Below are positions 29,599 to 39,628 of a stretch of 62,914 nt of DNA, in pieces (the stretch's first letter is position 1; every line of letters starts with the position of its first letter). Origin of the DNA: a virus (lineage: Duplodnaviria > Heunggongvirae > Uroviricota > Caudoviricetes); the IMG/VR virus record IMGVR_UViG_3300021403_000003, positions 113,952-176,865 of that record, one strand, 5' to 3'. Position numbers and translations under genes: made by a program. The notes under the pieces were generated by a model, which did not search any database, was not told the DNA's origin, and saw only the letters and a list, made by a program, of their open reading frames with translations.

Positions 29599-30725
29599 AG
29601 TCCTTCAAACAATTACGTGAAAATTGGACACAAGGTCGTCCAAATGAGTCCCAATGGGTTGGGAAACGAGTAAAGTCTCAAACATTGAAAAGTATACCAG
29701 GGAAAGAAGGTGTTGTTAAGCATGAAACAGCTAAACACATTACAGTTTCCACTTCTGATGGGGATAAACTCTGGGATAAAGATCATGTGACACATCATAT
29801 TAAAGAAGGTTGGATTCAGGGTCGCCCACATGAAGGTGGATGGACTGGTAAAATTGTGAAACATGATGGTGGTATTGTAAAAGTCAAATCCGAACATGGT
29901 GCTCATGTTGTTGTTCACAATGGATTGAATGAATATCCAATCAACAAAGATTCTGTCACTTCCTTTCATAGAAAAGATCATTTACATTTAGCTGTGAACA
30001 ATGAAGAAACCATTAGCGAAGGTGATGTGACTGAAGCTCATCACAGACACAGAACTTGGAAAGCAAGAGCAAAGGCTCTCGGGGCAACTAAGTTCAAGAA
30101 GCATGAATATCTGGAAATTGCTCACCACTCCAATGGTAAGGACGTTGTGGGGCATTGGGATCATGATGAAAATAGTGGTCACACTTTCTGGCACAAACAT
30201 CTTCACGGTCATTTGAAGGAAGCCAAGAAATATGATGGTTATAATTCTGGCAAACCTGCACATGAGGCAGCCAAGAAATTAATTCATCGTTGGAAAAAAG
30301 GATTAAGGCATGCAGAATTCCATCCTGATGGTTCTGCGACAGTACACTTCCATTCATACGGTCACATTCCACATGGTGTGGTAGGTGGTGGACATTCTGT
30401 AAGCTCAGTCTCCAATGTTGATCACGGTTTGCAAGAACTTGGTGGTATGCATAATCATTCACCAGATGCTTTGAAGAGTCATCATCAGAACATTGGAAAT
30501 TTACATGTTAATGTTCATCAAGCTGGTCCTCACCATCATTCGATGCATATTTTCCACACTGGTCCAGTTAATGAAGATTCTATCCATGAGGGTAAACGTA
30601 AGAAAACTCTTGGTGTGATTCGTGGAACAACTGCAACTGGTCAACGTGCAAATCCTATTGATACAGAACCAAAATTGAAATTAAAAGGTAAGTCAATAGC
30701 ACAACTTCGCAAAGGCGGACAGTAA
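29595..30725 (+). CDS. His-rich putative internal head protein with internal repeat
   Basis: MKSFKQLRE start resembling a T4 capsid-targeting sequence; duplicated (E/N)W.QGRP.E..W.GK.VK module. Confidence 0.6.
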   Translation: MKSFKQLRENWTQGRPNESQWVGKRVKSQTLKSIPGKEGVVKHETAKHITVSTSDGDKLWDKDHVTHHIKEGWIQGRPHEGGWTGKIVKHDGGIVKVKSEHGAHVVVHNGLNEYPINKDSVTSFHRKDHLHLAVNNEETISEGDVTEAHHRHRTWKARAKALGATKFKKHEYLEIAHHSNGKDVVGHWDHDENSGHTFWHKHLHGHLKEAKKYDGYNSGKPAHEAAKKLIHRWKKGLRHAEFHPDGSATVHFHSYGHIPHGVVGGGHSVSSVSNVDHGLQELGGMHNHSPDALKSHHQNIGNLHVNVHQAGPHHHSMHIFHTGPVNEDSIHEGKRKKTLGVIRGTTATGQRANPIDTEPKLKLKGKSIAQLRKGGQ

Positions 30726-30739
30726 GGATAAATTATATT

Positions 30740-31303
30740 ATGAATCGATTCATCCCTACCATTTTTTGTGATTACGACGGGGTCCTAGTTGATTTTCTTC
30801 GTGGAGTGAAAGATTTCACCGGAAAACATTGGAATGATGCAAAGAATGCAGAAGAACGTTTGAAACGTGATACAGAAGTCTTTGAATCTGGTGATCATTT
30901 TTGGATCAATCTCCCTCCAACTCATGATTTCTATTTACTTTGGAACTACATCAAACCATTTGATCCAAACATCCTAACAGCTGTTCCACATGGAAGAGAT
31001 GGTAACAAGCCAAGTGAAATTTCAGTAAAATTTGCCCGTGAAGGTAAATGGATCTGGAATGGTCTTCATACAAAAGTTCCTCGTGATAGATTTCATGCTG
31101 TGTTTCGTGAACATAAGCAGAACTATGCAACAAAGGAAGTTGAAGGTCACATCATAAGTAACATTCTAATTGATGATCACCTGGATAATATCCGCGAATG
31201 GTCCCAGAATCGTGGTTATGGAATCCTACACAAAACAGCTGTCGAAACCATTGCACAATTGAAAAATCTTGGAATCAATAATCCCTATGTGGTGCAAGCA
31301 TGA
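30740..31303 (+). CDS. HAD 5'(3')-deoxyribonucleotidase-like protein
   Basis: IFCDYDGVLVDF and ILIDDHLDNIREW..GILH. Confidence 0.82.
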   Translation: MNRFIPTIFCDYDGVLVDFLRGVKDFTGKHWNDAKNAEERLKRDTEVFESGDHFWINLPPTHDFYLLWNYIKPFDPNILTAVPHGRDGNKPSEISVKFAREGKWIWNGLHTKVPRDRFHAVFREHKQNYATKEVEGHIISNILIDDHLDNIREWSQNRGYGILHKTAVETIAQLKNLGINNPYVVQA

Positions 31304-31629
31304 CGAATGATATGATCGATGATCTGAATGAAAATCTCGATAACATTTCTGACAATAAATATCAAACCAGGGAATCTGCTTGGTATGATATAGCTGATTG
31401 TTTGGGTAAGATAGGTATCACTTGTCCTTCATCAGAAGAAGCTCTTGAAGATTTACAAGATGACGAATTGTTATTCAAGCTGGATGAAGCAGGAACAGAT
31501 ACTCCTTATTTTCTATATGTGATAATGAGTCTAGAACAAGATAAATATGAAGTGTTTGCTACCATTGCAACACAAGCAGATTTAGATGTATTGAATGCTT
31601 TTATGGATGATATAGAAGACAATGATTGA
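31300..31629 (+). CDS. acidic hypothetical protein
   Basis: ATGA overlap with the upstream gene. Confidence 0.6.
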   Translation: MTNDMIDDLNENLDNISDNKYQTRESAWYDIADCLGKIGITCPSSEEALEDLQDDELLFKLDEAGTDTPYFLYVIMSLEQDKYEVFATIATQADLDVLNAFMDDIEDND

Positions 31630-32011
31630 TGATGTGAATGAACAAAACTGGTTGATATACGCAGCAAAAGCATACGAAAAACCAAGTATTGTACAAGGCG
31701 AATTTGAAGAAGACATAGCTCGGATTCAATACATCAAGAGGTTATTGACTAAGTATTACAGTTCAGGTAACCTTAAAGAGAGATTAATCCTGAATCATCT
31801 TGTTATTTTCTACAACGTATTTGGTCCAATTGCAGGTACGAGATTATTATTTTTCCGAATGGATCAGAAAGATCTTGAATCACTCAAACCATTTCTAATC
31901 CAGTTGGGAACTCTTCCGGAAATAGTCAAGGGAATAAATGGAAAAGATGTTACAACAGCCGAAATCAAACTTGATCCAATAGTGATTCAAGCGTTGAGGA
32001 AATTAACATGA
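31622..32011 (+). CDS. T4-like conserved hypothetical protein
   Basis: YIKRLL..LKERLILNHLVIFYNVFG motif recalled from T4-like phages. Confidence 0.7.
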   Translation: MIDDVNEQNWLIYAAKAYEKPSIVQGEFEEDIARIQYIKRLLTKYYSSGNLKERLILNHLVIFYNVFGPIAGTRLLFFRMDQKDLESLKPFLIQLGTLPEIVKGINGKDVTTAEIKLDPIVIQALRKLT

Positions 32012-32211
32012 CCAAACAAATCAAAGAGGATGGTGGATTAGGTGGAGGAGGAATGACTGCAGGCACAGGCGGATTCAGCAGCTCAGCTAGTGCAAAAGGA
32101 CCTGTTTCTGGATATGATCCTATCATGGGAATGAAGAAAAGAGTCAAGGATAAAATCAAACGCGCAAAACCACCACAACAACCAGGTGTGATGATTTCGG
32201 ACAATAACTAA
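32008..32211 (+). CDS. small Gly-rich protein
   Basis: IKE cleavage-like motif followed by GGLGGGG..GYDP. Confidence 0.6.
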   Translation: MTKQIKEDGGLGGGGMTAGTGGFSSSASAKGPVSGYDPIMGMKKRVKDKIKRAKPPQQPGVMISDNN

Positions 32212-32714
32212 TGGATACATACAAACCATACGATCCTGCAATTCTCAGACATCTGATTCAATCTACTCTTACACCACTGGGATTGTATAATGAGAACGCT
32301 GAAGAGCTCTTGCTTGCTACAGCTGCTCAAGAAAGCCTATTTGGAACATATCGCACACAAGGTAATGGTGGACCAGCGAGAGGTATATTCCAAATGGAGG
32401 GTGCTACACACGATGATATTTGGAACAATTATCTTAAATACCATCAAACGTTGGGAAATGAGATTAAGAATTTGGTTGTTGGCTTTCCAAGTGTCGATTT
32501 GTGCATTCATAATGACCCTTATGCTATTGCAATGGCTAGAGTCCACTACCTTCGAGCACCTGAGTCATTACCTGATGCAAAAGATCTCAATGCTCTTTGG
32601 ACTATATATAAGTTGAGATACAATACTCCCGGTGGTGCAGCTACAAAGGATCAATTTTATCAGCATTATAAGAAATATGTAACGGACGGGAAGGCAAATG
32701 TTCAAAATTCCTGA
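32211..32714 (+). CDS. endolysin (lysozyme/transglycosylase-like)
   Basis: ATAAQES catalytic Glu, GIFQM, KLRYNT; first gene of the lysis cassette. Confidence 0.75.
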   Translation: MDTYKPYDPAILRHLIQSTLTPLGLYNENAEELLLATAAQESLFGTYRTQGNGGPARGIFQMEGATHDDIWNNYLKYHQTLGNEIKNLVVGFPSVDLCIHNDPYAIAMARVHYLRAPESLPDAKDLNALWTIYKLRYNTPGGAATKDQFYQHYKKYVTDGKANVQNS

Positions 32715-32949
32715 TATTGTAAAAACAGTATTTGTCCATATATCTACAGGTATTGATGGTGAATCTTTCGATATTGCAAGAATCATGGGAATTGTTGGGG
32801 TACTGTTCTTCATGGCAATGACAGTATGGAATTGCTTATACAAAGGTCAAACATTTGATTACGTGAACTGGGGAATCGGTTTCGGTTCAGTCATGGGATC
32901 TATGGGTATTGCGATCAAATTGAAGGAAAAGACGGAACCGCAAACCTAA
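32698..32949 (+). CDS. putative holin
   Basis: 83 aa, two hydrophobic segments, charged C-terminus; between endolysin and spanins. Confidence 0.6.
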   Translation: MFKIPDIVKTVFVHISTGIDGESFDIARIMGIVGVLFFMAMTVWNCLYKGQTFDYVNWGIGFGSVMGSMGIAIKLKEKTEPQT

Positions 32950-32964
32950 AAGAAGGTATTCATT

Positions 32965-33324
32965 ATGAATTTGTTGAGTAGTTTGATTCCTCCTCCATGG
33001 GACATTGTTGCCCGTGTGGGAGTGGTATTGCTTGTTCTTGGTGGTGCATTTACAACTGGCTATTTCAAAGGTTGTGAACACGTTCAAAATGAAATCAATA
33101 CGCAAATCATCAAAGATCAAACCAAGGTGATCAGAATTGACCACACTCAAACAATCATTGATAATTCCATTGTCACTCAACTTCAAAAACAAATCACTGG
33201 ATTGAAGACACAAAATTCAAATCTTCAAATACAGATCAATAAGGTACCAGACACTTGTGTTTTGAGTAAAGAATGGGTTGGTTTATACAATCAGTCAATC
33301 ATTGAACCAAAGGTGACACCATGA
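32965..33324 (+). CDS. i-spanin (Rz-like)
   Basis: N-terminal TM helix followed by a coiled-coil-like periplasmic region. Confidence 0.72.
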   Translation: MNLLSSLIPPPWDIVARVGVVLLVLGGAFTTGYFKGCEHVQNEINTQIIKDQTKVIRIDHTQTIIDNSIVTQLQKQITGLKTQNSNLQIQINKVPDTCVLSKEWVGLYNQSIIEPKVTP

Positions 33325-33605
33325 GAACAGCAATCATTTGTGCACTTACATTGTTGATGGGATGTACTCATATACCAGTGAAAGTCTATAGTATGCCTGA
33401 TGCCCCAGCAGATTTGATGCAAGCTCCTCAAGATTTGTCACCGATTCCAACAAATCCAGATGGTAGTGCAGATCCAAAAATTGTTCTCAACACGGCAATC
33501 GGTAACAACACAAAATCTCTTCAAAATTCAATCGAATTATTGAAACTTCAAACCTGGATTCTTCAGACCCAGAAGAATATTCAACAAGGTGGTCAAACCA
33601 AATAA
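33321..33605 (+). CDS. o-spanin lipoprotein (Rz1-like)
   Basis: Lipobox LLMG-C, Pro-rich; overlaps the i-spanin stop. Confidence 0.78.
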   Translation: MRTAIICALTLLMGCTHIPVKVYSMPDAPADLMQAPQDLSPIPTNPDGSADPKIVLNTAIGNNTKSLQNSIELLKLQTWILQTQKNIQQGGQTK

Positions 33606-33635
33606 ATCTTTTGCATTTTAGAGTTACAATAGGAC

Positions 33636-34685
33636 ATGATTTACATTGATCGTAAATGGTTGCTATTGATTTCCAATCGGTTCAGGAACTTCAAACAAAA
33701 AAGTTCTATACTATGGAATTTCTCATGTCCTCTGTGTGGTGACTCAAGAACGAATGCTCTCAAAGCGAGAGGATATGTTTTTGAAAATAATGGGCGTCTA
33801 TCATTCAAATGTCACAACTGCGGACAGAGTGCTTCTTTTAGCTATTTGTTGAAATTTGTTGATCCATCTATCCATCGTGAATATGTGATGGAAAAATTTC
33901 AGGAACGTCATAAGGCGAAGCCTGAAGATGTCATCAAATGGGCAGAAAATCAGTTCCTTAATAGGTTAGGTGAAAAAACTCCAGAAATCGATCATTTGAA
34001 GTTGTTGAAATCGATCCCGGAATTGCCTACAGAACATTATGCAAGACAGTACATCGAAGGTCGAAATATCCCAGCTGAGAGGATGAAGGAATTGTATTTC
34101 ACTCCTGATTTTAAGAAATACATGAATGAAACATTTCCGGAATATGACCCTGATGGAAAGAAATTAATCAAAAATGATCCTAGAATTGTGATGTTTCTGA
34201 CTGATTTGAAAGGTAATTTGAGTGTTGTCAATGGAAGAGCTTTAGCAGCTGAGAATAAACTCAGGTACATCAAAGCACGTGTTGTACCAGGTCAACCAGA
34301 TGACCGAAAAATCTTTGGGATGAAAAGGGTTGATATTGGAAAAAGATATTTCATTGTAGAAGGTGAAATCGATAGCATGTTCCTGAGTAATTGTGTTGCT
34401 AGTGGAGATTCCAGCTTGGATCTGTTAGCAAAAGCTCTTGGCGGAGCACCAACATTAGTCTATGACAATCAACCCAGAAACAAGGACATTGTTCGACAAA
34501 TGCAAGAGGCTATCAAAGCTGGTTATCGTATTGTGATCTGGCCAACAATTTTCGAAGGTTACAAAGACATCAATGAAATGGTATTGCATGGTTGGGCTCC
34601 TTCCACTCTCGAGAAGTACATGGATGAGAACACATTCAAGGGGTTGACAGCCCAACTCAAATTTGATGATTGGAGAAAATGGTGA
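33636..34685 (+). CDS. 61: DNA primase (gp61)
   Basis: NFSCPLCGDS..KARGY..FKCHNCG zinc finger; FIVEGEIDSMF and VYDNQPRN TOPRIM motifs; KDINEM. Confidence 0.95.
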   Translation: MIYIDRKWLLLISNRFRNFKQKSSILWNFSCPLCGDSRTNALKARGYVFENNGRLSFKCHNCGQSASFSYLLKFVDPSIHREYVMEKFQERHKAKPEDVIKWAENQFLNRLGEKTPEIDHLKLLKSIPELPTEHYARQYIEGRNIPAERMKELYFTPDFKKYMNETFPEYDPDGKKLIKNDPRIVMFLTDLKGNLSVVNGRALAAENKLRYIKARVVPGQPDDRKIFGMKRVDIGKRYFIVEGEIDSMFLSNCVASGDSSLDLLAKALGGAPTLVYDNQPRNKDIVRQMQEAIKAGYRIVIWPTIFEGYKDINEMVLHGWAPSTLEKYMDENTFKGLTAQLKFDDWRKW

Positions 34686-35383
34686 GAAAGAAATACAATG
34701 TCCTTCCTTGTGAGCAAGGAAAGCCTGGCTTCGTCCGTTTGGTTGATCATATGGGATCAGACCTGAGTATCGTTCGTTCAGCTCGTGTCAGCTACAATGT
34801 TGATTGGCGTGGTCGCAAACCCAAGAAGGAGATCATGAGCAAGGATGAGAAGCTCATCCATTATCTTTGGAAGAATAAACACACCAGTCCATTTGAATCT
34901 GTTTCATTCACATTTGAAGTGAAAGCCCCGATTTTTGTTTTCAGACAATGGCATCGTCATCGCACTTGGTCTTACAATGAAGTGAGTGCACGGTACACCA
35001 AACTGGATGAGGGATTTTACATTCCTGATGTGAGTCAAATCACAACTCAAAGTACATCCAATAAACAAATGAGAACTAAGGAACAACACCCAAGAGCTAG
35101 ATATTTACAAAACATCATTGGTGTGACTTGCAACACTGCTATCAAGGAATATAATCATTTGATCGAAGAAGGTTGTCCACGTGAATTAGCACGTTCTGTA
35201 CTTCCTGTTGCTGCATATAGCCGTATGTTTGCAACTGTTGACCTTCACAACCTCTTTCACTTCCTCAAATTAAGATTACACATCCATTCTCAATATGAAA
35301 TAAGAGTTTACGCTGAAGCAATGTTGAAACTTATCAAACCATTTGTTCCTGTTTCTGTGAAAGCATTTCAGGAGACATTATGA
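34679..35383 (+). CDS. thyX: flavin-dependent thymidylate synthase
   Basis: HTSPFE, RQWHRHRTWSYNEVSARY (ThyX motif), ELARSVLP. Confidence 0.96.
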   Translation: MVRKKYNVLPCEQGKPGFVRLVDHMGSDLSIVRSARVSYNVDWRGRKPKKEIMSKDEKLIHYLWKNKHTSPFESVSFTFEVKAPIFVFRQWHRHRTWSYNEVSARYTKLDEGFYIPDVSQITTQSTSNKQMRTKEQHPRARYLQNIIGVTCNTAIKEYNHLIEEGCPRELARSVLPVAAYSRMFATVDLHNLFHFLKLRLHIHSQYEIRVYAEAMLKLIKPFVPVSVKAFQETL

Positions 35384-35613
35384 TCATTGGGAAAGTTGCA
35401 GAACTAAAACAACAAATCAAAGAACTTGAATCAAAAATTGCAAGCATTCAGAAAGAGTGTTCTCATCCAAAGGAAGCCTTGGACGAGAAATCAGGTTCTG
35501 ATTCAGGAAATTACGATCCGAGCGCTGATATTTCCTGGGTAAAATATCATTGTCATCTTTGTGATAAGAAGTGGACTGATTATTTTGATAATCAAGGCAA
35601 TCCACTGGCATAG
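35380..35613 (+). CDS. hypothetical protein
   Basis: GGAG RBS; ECSH..CHLC motif. Confidence 0.6.
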   Translation: MIIGKVAELKQQIKELESKIASIQKECSHPKEALDEKSGSDSGNYDPSADISWVKYHCHLCDKKWTDYFDNQGNPLA

Positions 35614-35663
35614 ATTTCACCTATATATCAGCTTATCATATCGAAAAAGACAAGGATCACATC

Positions 35664-37574
35664 ATGGGTCTACCCTCTTCCTATCAATCATGGATTCACG
35701 TATCAAAGTATGCTCGCTACAGGGATGACTTGGGTAGGAGAGAAACTTGGGAAGAAACTGTTGACAGATACATCGACTATTTTCGTAAGCGTCCCATTAC
35801 CAATCTCGGAAAGATTCCTTGGGATGAGTTGAAAAAAGCCATCCTGAATCTTGAAGTCATGCCATCCATGCGCTGTCTCATGACAGCCGGTGCTGCATTG
35901 GATGTTGATCAGGTTGCAGGCTACAATTGCTCCTACATCACTGTAGATAACGTCAAGGCATTTGACGAAATCATGTACATTTTGATGTGCGGAACCGGTG
36001 TCGGTTTCTCCATCGAGAGCAAGTACACCAACAAGCTTCCAGAGGTCCCAGATGAATTCCACCCAACAGACACCACGATTGTCTTCAAAGACTCAAGAAT
36101 CGGCTGGGCATCAGGATTCAGGGAGTTCCTATCACTTCTGTATTCCGGTAAAGTGCCAAAATGGGACGTCTCAAAACTCCGTCCGGCTGGAGCTCGGCTC
36201 AAGACATTCGGTGGCCGTTCAAGTGGCCCAGAACCATTGGTAGATCTACTGAAATATTCCATCAATCTGTTCCAGAAAGCCAAGGGTCGAAAACTCACCA
36301 CACTCGAATGCCACGATCTCGTTTGCAAGATTGCAGACGTGGTTGTCTCAGGTGGTGTCCGTCGTTCAGCATTGATCTCACTCAGTGATCTGAATGATGA
36401 TCATCTGCGTTTGGCAAAGTATGGTGAGTGGTGGAACAACAATTCTCATCGTGCATTGTCCAACAACTCTGCTGTCTATGAACAAAAGCCTGACATTGGC
36501 ATCTTCATGAAGGAATGGCTGTCACTGTTTGAGAGTCACTCCGGCGAGCGTGGTATCTTCTCACGTAAGGCTTCTCAGCAACAGGCTGCCAAGTACGGTC
36601 GTCGTTCAGATGATATTGACTACGGAACCAATCCTTGCTCCGAAATCATCCTGCGTCCCTATCAGTTCTGCAACCTATCAGAAGTGATTGTGCGAGCTGA
36701 TGATACCGTGGAGACCCTGGCAAGGAAAGTCGAACTCGCAACTATCCTGGGAACACTGCAGTCTACTCAGTCAAACTTCCGATACATCAACAAGCGTTGG
36801 AAGAACAACACTGAAGAAGAAAGACTGCTTGGTGTAAGCTTGACTGGTATCATGGACCACAATGTATTGAATGGTACTCATGCCAAAGAGCAACCAAGGA
36901 TCGGGACCACAACTTTGAAGGCTTGGTTGACTCAACTTCGAGAAGTTGCTGTCGAGACCAACAAGAAGTATGCACAGCTCCTTGGAATTCAACAGTCAAC
37001 TGCTGTCACATGTGTAAAGCCATCAGGAACCGTTTCCCAATTGACAGACACTGCTTCTGGTATTCATCCACGTTATGCCCAATACTATATTCGTAGAGTC
37101 AGGATGAGCAAGAACGACCCTCTCGCCCAATACATGATTCAATCCGGATTCACAGCAGAAGAAGATTTCTACAAGAAGGAAGATTTGGTCTTTAGTTTTC
37201 CAATCAAGGCTCCTGATGGTGCAGTCACAAGAAATGACCGTACAGCTATTGAACAACTTGAACTTTGGAAAGTTTATCAAGAACATTGGTGTGAACATAA
37301 ACCATCTATAACTGTTTATGTGGGTGATGACGAATGGCTGGATGTTGGTGCCTGGGTCTATAAAAATTTGAATATCATCAGTGGTGTCAGTTTCTTGCCT
37401 CGTGACAATGGTACCTATCGTCAAGCTCCTTACGAAGAAATTACTAAAAATCAATATGAAGAATTACTAAGTAAGGCGAATGTTAATATTGATTGGACCA
37501 ATTTTAAGGAAGAAACAGATCAAACAACTTCTGCAAAGGAATTGGCATGCTCATCTGGAATTTGTGAGATTTAA
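35664..37574 (+). CDS. nrdJ: class II (B12-dependent) ribonucleotide reductase
   Basis: VMPSMR, YNCSY, GTNPCSEIIL, TCVKPSGT, C-terminal CSSGICEI; no ATP cone; no nrdB nearby. Confidence 0.9.
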   Translation: MGLPSSYQSWIHVSKYARYRDDLGRRETWEETVDRYIDYFRKRPITNLGKIPWDELKKAILNLEVMPSMRCLMTAGAALDVDQVAGYNCSYITVDNVKAFDEIMYILMCGTGVGFSIESKYTNKLPEVPDEFHPTDTTIVFKDSRIGWASGFREFLSLLYSGKVPKWDVSKLRPAGARLKTFGGRSSGPEPLVDLLKYSINLFQKAKGRKLTTLECHDLVCKIADVVVSGGVRRSALISLSDLNDDHLRLAKYGEWWNNNSHRALSNNSAVYEQKPDIGIFMKEWLSLFESHSGERGIFSRKASQQQAAKYGRRSDDIDYGTNPCSEIILRPYQFCNLSEVIVRADDTVETLARKVELATILGTLQSTQSNFRYINKRWKNNTEEERLLGVSLTGIMDHNVLNGTHAKEQPRIGTTTLKAWLTQLREVAVETNKKYAQLLGIQQSTAVTCVKPSGTVSQLTDTASGIHPRYAQYYIRRVRMSKNDPLAQYMIQSGFTAEEDFYKKEDLVFSFPIKAPDGAVTRNDRTAIEQLELWKVYQEHWCEHKPSITVYVGDDEWLDVGAWVYKNLNIISGVSFLPRDNGTYRQAPYEEITKNQYEELLSKANVNIDWTNFKEETDQTTSAKELACSSGICEI

Positions 37575-37576
37575 TT

Positions 37577-37759
37577 ATGGCTAAGAAATCATCTACGCAT
37601 TCTTGTTATAGTTGTGATGCAGAATTCACTGTCAAATTTAGTGATGAAGAAATCAAACTAGCTGTGGAATTTTGTCCATTTTGTGGTGATACTCTCGACA
37701 CTGAAGAAGATGTTCCTGAAGAGGAAGAAGATGAAGACACCAATGATACTCAATGGTAA
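37577..37759 (+). CDS. small acidic zinc-ribbon protein
   Basis: CYSC...CPFCG followed by an acidic tail. Confidence 0.7.
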   Translation: MAKKSSTHSCYSCDAEFTVKFSDEEIKLAVEFCPFCGDTLDTEEDVPEEEEDEDTNDTQW

Positions 37760-38298
37760 TAATAGGAGTTGATTATAGTCTCAGCTGTCCTGCAGCTTGT
37801 GCCCTTGGACCCACTTTCAAGGAAAGCAAGCTCATTTTTATTGCAAATAGAAAACGTGATATTACTTCAAACAATATACTAGCTATACCACATACTGATT
37901 ATACAACTGAACAAGAAAGACACGACAACCTAAGTAATACAATTATACAATTCATACAAAACTATATGGCTCCTGTAGTGTACATTGAAGATTATTCATT
38001 CGGTTCGAAAGGAAGAATCTTCAACATTGCAGAAGCGACTGGACTATTCAAACACAAGCTTCATCGACTTGGCATTGAGCTTCACACAGTGGCTCCGACC
38101 GTTGTAAAGAAGTTCGCCACAGGTAAGGGCAACTCAGATAAACAGGCGATGTACAATGCCTTCGTTGCTCAGGGAAACCCTGATTTGATGAAATGGTACT
38201 ATGACAAGGATGTGAAAGTTGGAAGTCCGGTCTCAGATATAATAGACGCATACTACATAGCAAAATACGGAAATACGATACACAAGGCACCCGACTAA
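37753..38298 (+). CDS. RuvC-like resolvase/nuclease
   Basis: IGVDYSL, IEDYSF, KKFATGKGNSDK, DIIDAYYIA catalytic pattern. Confidence 0.8.
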   Translation: MVIIGVDYSLSCPAACALGPTFKESKLIFIANRKRDITSNNILAIPHTDYTTEQERHDNLSNTIIQFIQNYMAPVVYIEDYSFGSKGRIFNIAEATGLFKHKLHRLGIELHTVAPTVVKKFATGKGNSDKQAMYNAFVAQGNPDLMKWYYDKDVKVGSPVSDIIDAYYIAKYGNTIHKAPD

Positions 38299-38319
38299 AC
38301 ATAGGGTTGTTGCATTGCT

Positions 38320-38575
38320 ACTTGTACAGTGATGTAACATGGCTCAACCTCGCCAGGAAAACTCCCTGGGCTGAGACTGATTGTAAAATGGAGGAAGAGA
38401 GTTACCTCCGTGCCGGATTCCTAAGTCAACAATGATGTAAGAATCGGGATCCTTTTTGGAATTCCAAAAGGTTGATCAGGTACAAGTGAACTGGCTGGCT
38501 CCGGTGAATCTCACTTCTCAGAACTTTTCACTTAAATGTGAGAAGGGCTGAGATTTGTCCAAACCCCACCAGTGA
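38320..38575 (+). ncRNA. structured intergenic element (ncRNA or origin-like)
   Basis: ACTTGTAC 38320-27 / GTACAAGT 38480-87 helix enclosing several hairpins; nested AATCTCA/TGAGATT and CTTCTCA/TGAGAAG. Confidence 0.45.
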
Positions 38576-38687
38576 ATCGTAAGAATAAAGACAATAAAAC
38601 CAAAGACAGATTTAAATCTTTCTATTCTCTTCTGTATCTACTGGGCTGATCATTTGGTCTTACACATCTTCAACGTATTATTAATAC

Positions 38688-39155
38688 ATGGTTTTACAAA
38701 TTTACACAGATGGTTCTTTCTGGGAGTCTTGTGGTGGTTGGGCTGCTGTTTTTGTAGCCAAGAAAGATAATCATCAAGTAGTGAAATTCATTGGAGGTTG
38801 GGAGGATTATACAACCAACAATCGAATGGAAATTCTGCCTATGATCAAGCTTCTTGAGACACTTCAAAAGTCTCGAGTCTCATTCACATCAATTAATGTT
38901 TATAGTGATTCTCAATATACTATTAATACAATTAATGGTTGGCTTGATAAATGGATAAGGAAAAATGATACATCTAACAAAAAGAATATGGATCTCTGGT
39001 TGAGATTCTATCAACTTCGTCAGGAATGTAAATATCAAGTGAGATATCATTGGGTTAAAGGACACAATGGCAATTACTTTAATGAAATGGCTGACAAGCT
39101 TGCAGGTGAAGCTCGTCGAAACAAATTGACCACTGGACGTCTTACTGAATGCTAA
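38688..39155 (+). CDS. rnhA: ribonuclease HI
   Basis: IYTDGS, TTNNRME, SDSQY, WVKGH.GN..NEMADKLA. Confidence 0.93.
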   Translation: MVLQIYTDGSFWESCGGWAAVFVAKKDNHQVVKFIGGWEDYTTNNRMEILPMIKLLETLQKSRVSFTSINVYSDSQYTINTINGWLDKWIRKNDTSNKKNMDLWLRFYQLRQECKYQVRYHWVKGHNGNYFNEMADKLAGEARRNKLTTGRLTEC

Positions 39156-39610
39156 ATACTCAAACAACAATCAGTGGAGACCGGGTCCTCATGAAAGATG
39201 TCCGTGAAGTTTCCTCAGTCAAAACATCAGACATCTTCAATGGTGAACCATTTGATTCTTGTTACTTCAAAAAGGAAGAGATTCCTGAGCAAGATATCTG
39301 GTCATATAGCTTTTTAAGATTTTCTCCAGGTACAAGAATTTGGAGAAATGAAGAACTTCAAACTGATGCTTGGTTAGTTGTGTTGTTTGAGCCTGACAAA
39401 GAAGATGATTGCAATGTTGTGTATTATCAGACTTATCTTGGTGATCCATTGGTTTTTGTTAAAAATCACGTGAAATCTGATTGTCAAGGTATCATTATTA
39501 AGAAATCTGTTCCTGGTGTGAAAATTCTCATAGAAATGTTTAAGGGAATGAAGCTAAGTAACATCATTGGGCAATTGGAAATTGATTTGAATCAGCTGGA
39601 AAATTCTTAA
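39149..39610 (+). CDS. hypothetical protein
   Basis: 153-aa ORF overlapping the rnhA stop. Confidence 0.6.
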   Translation: MLNTQTTISGDRVLMKDVREVSSVKTSDIFNGEPFDSCYFKKEEIPEQDIWSYSFLRFSPGTRIWRNEELQTDAWLVVLFEPDKEDDCNVVYYQTYLGDPLVFVKNHVKSDCQGIIIKKSVPGVKILIEMFKGMKLSNIIGQLEIDLNQLENS

Positions 39611-39628
39611 TTATCAAAGGTTTATATC

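Noticed and set aside
15289-37574. Inteins or group I introns in gp43, UvsX, gp41, primase, ThyX or NrdJ
   Set aside because: All are continuous ORFs of normal length with no intein N/C-terminal motifs
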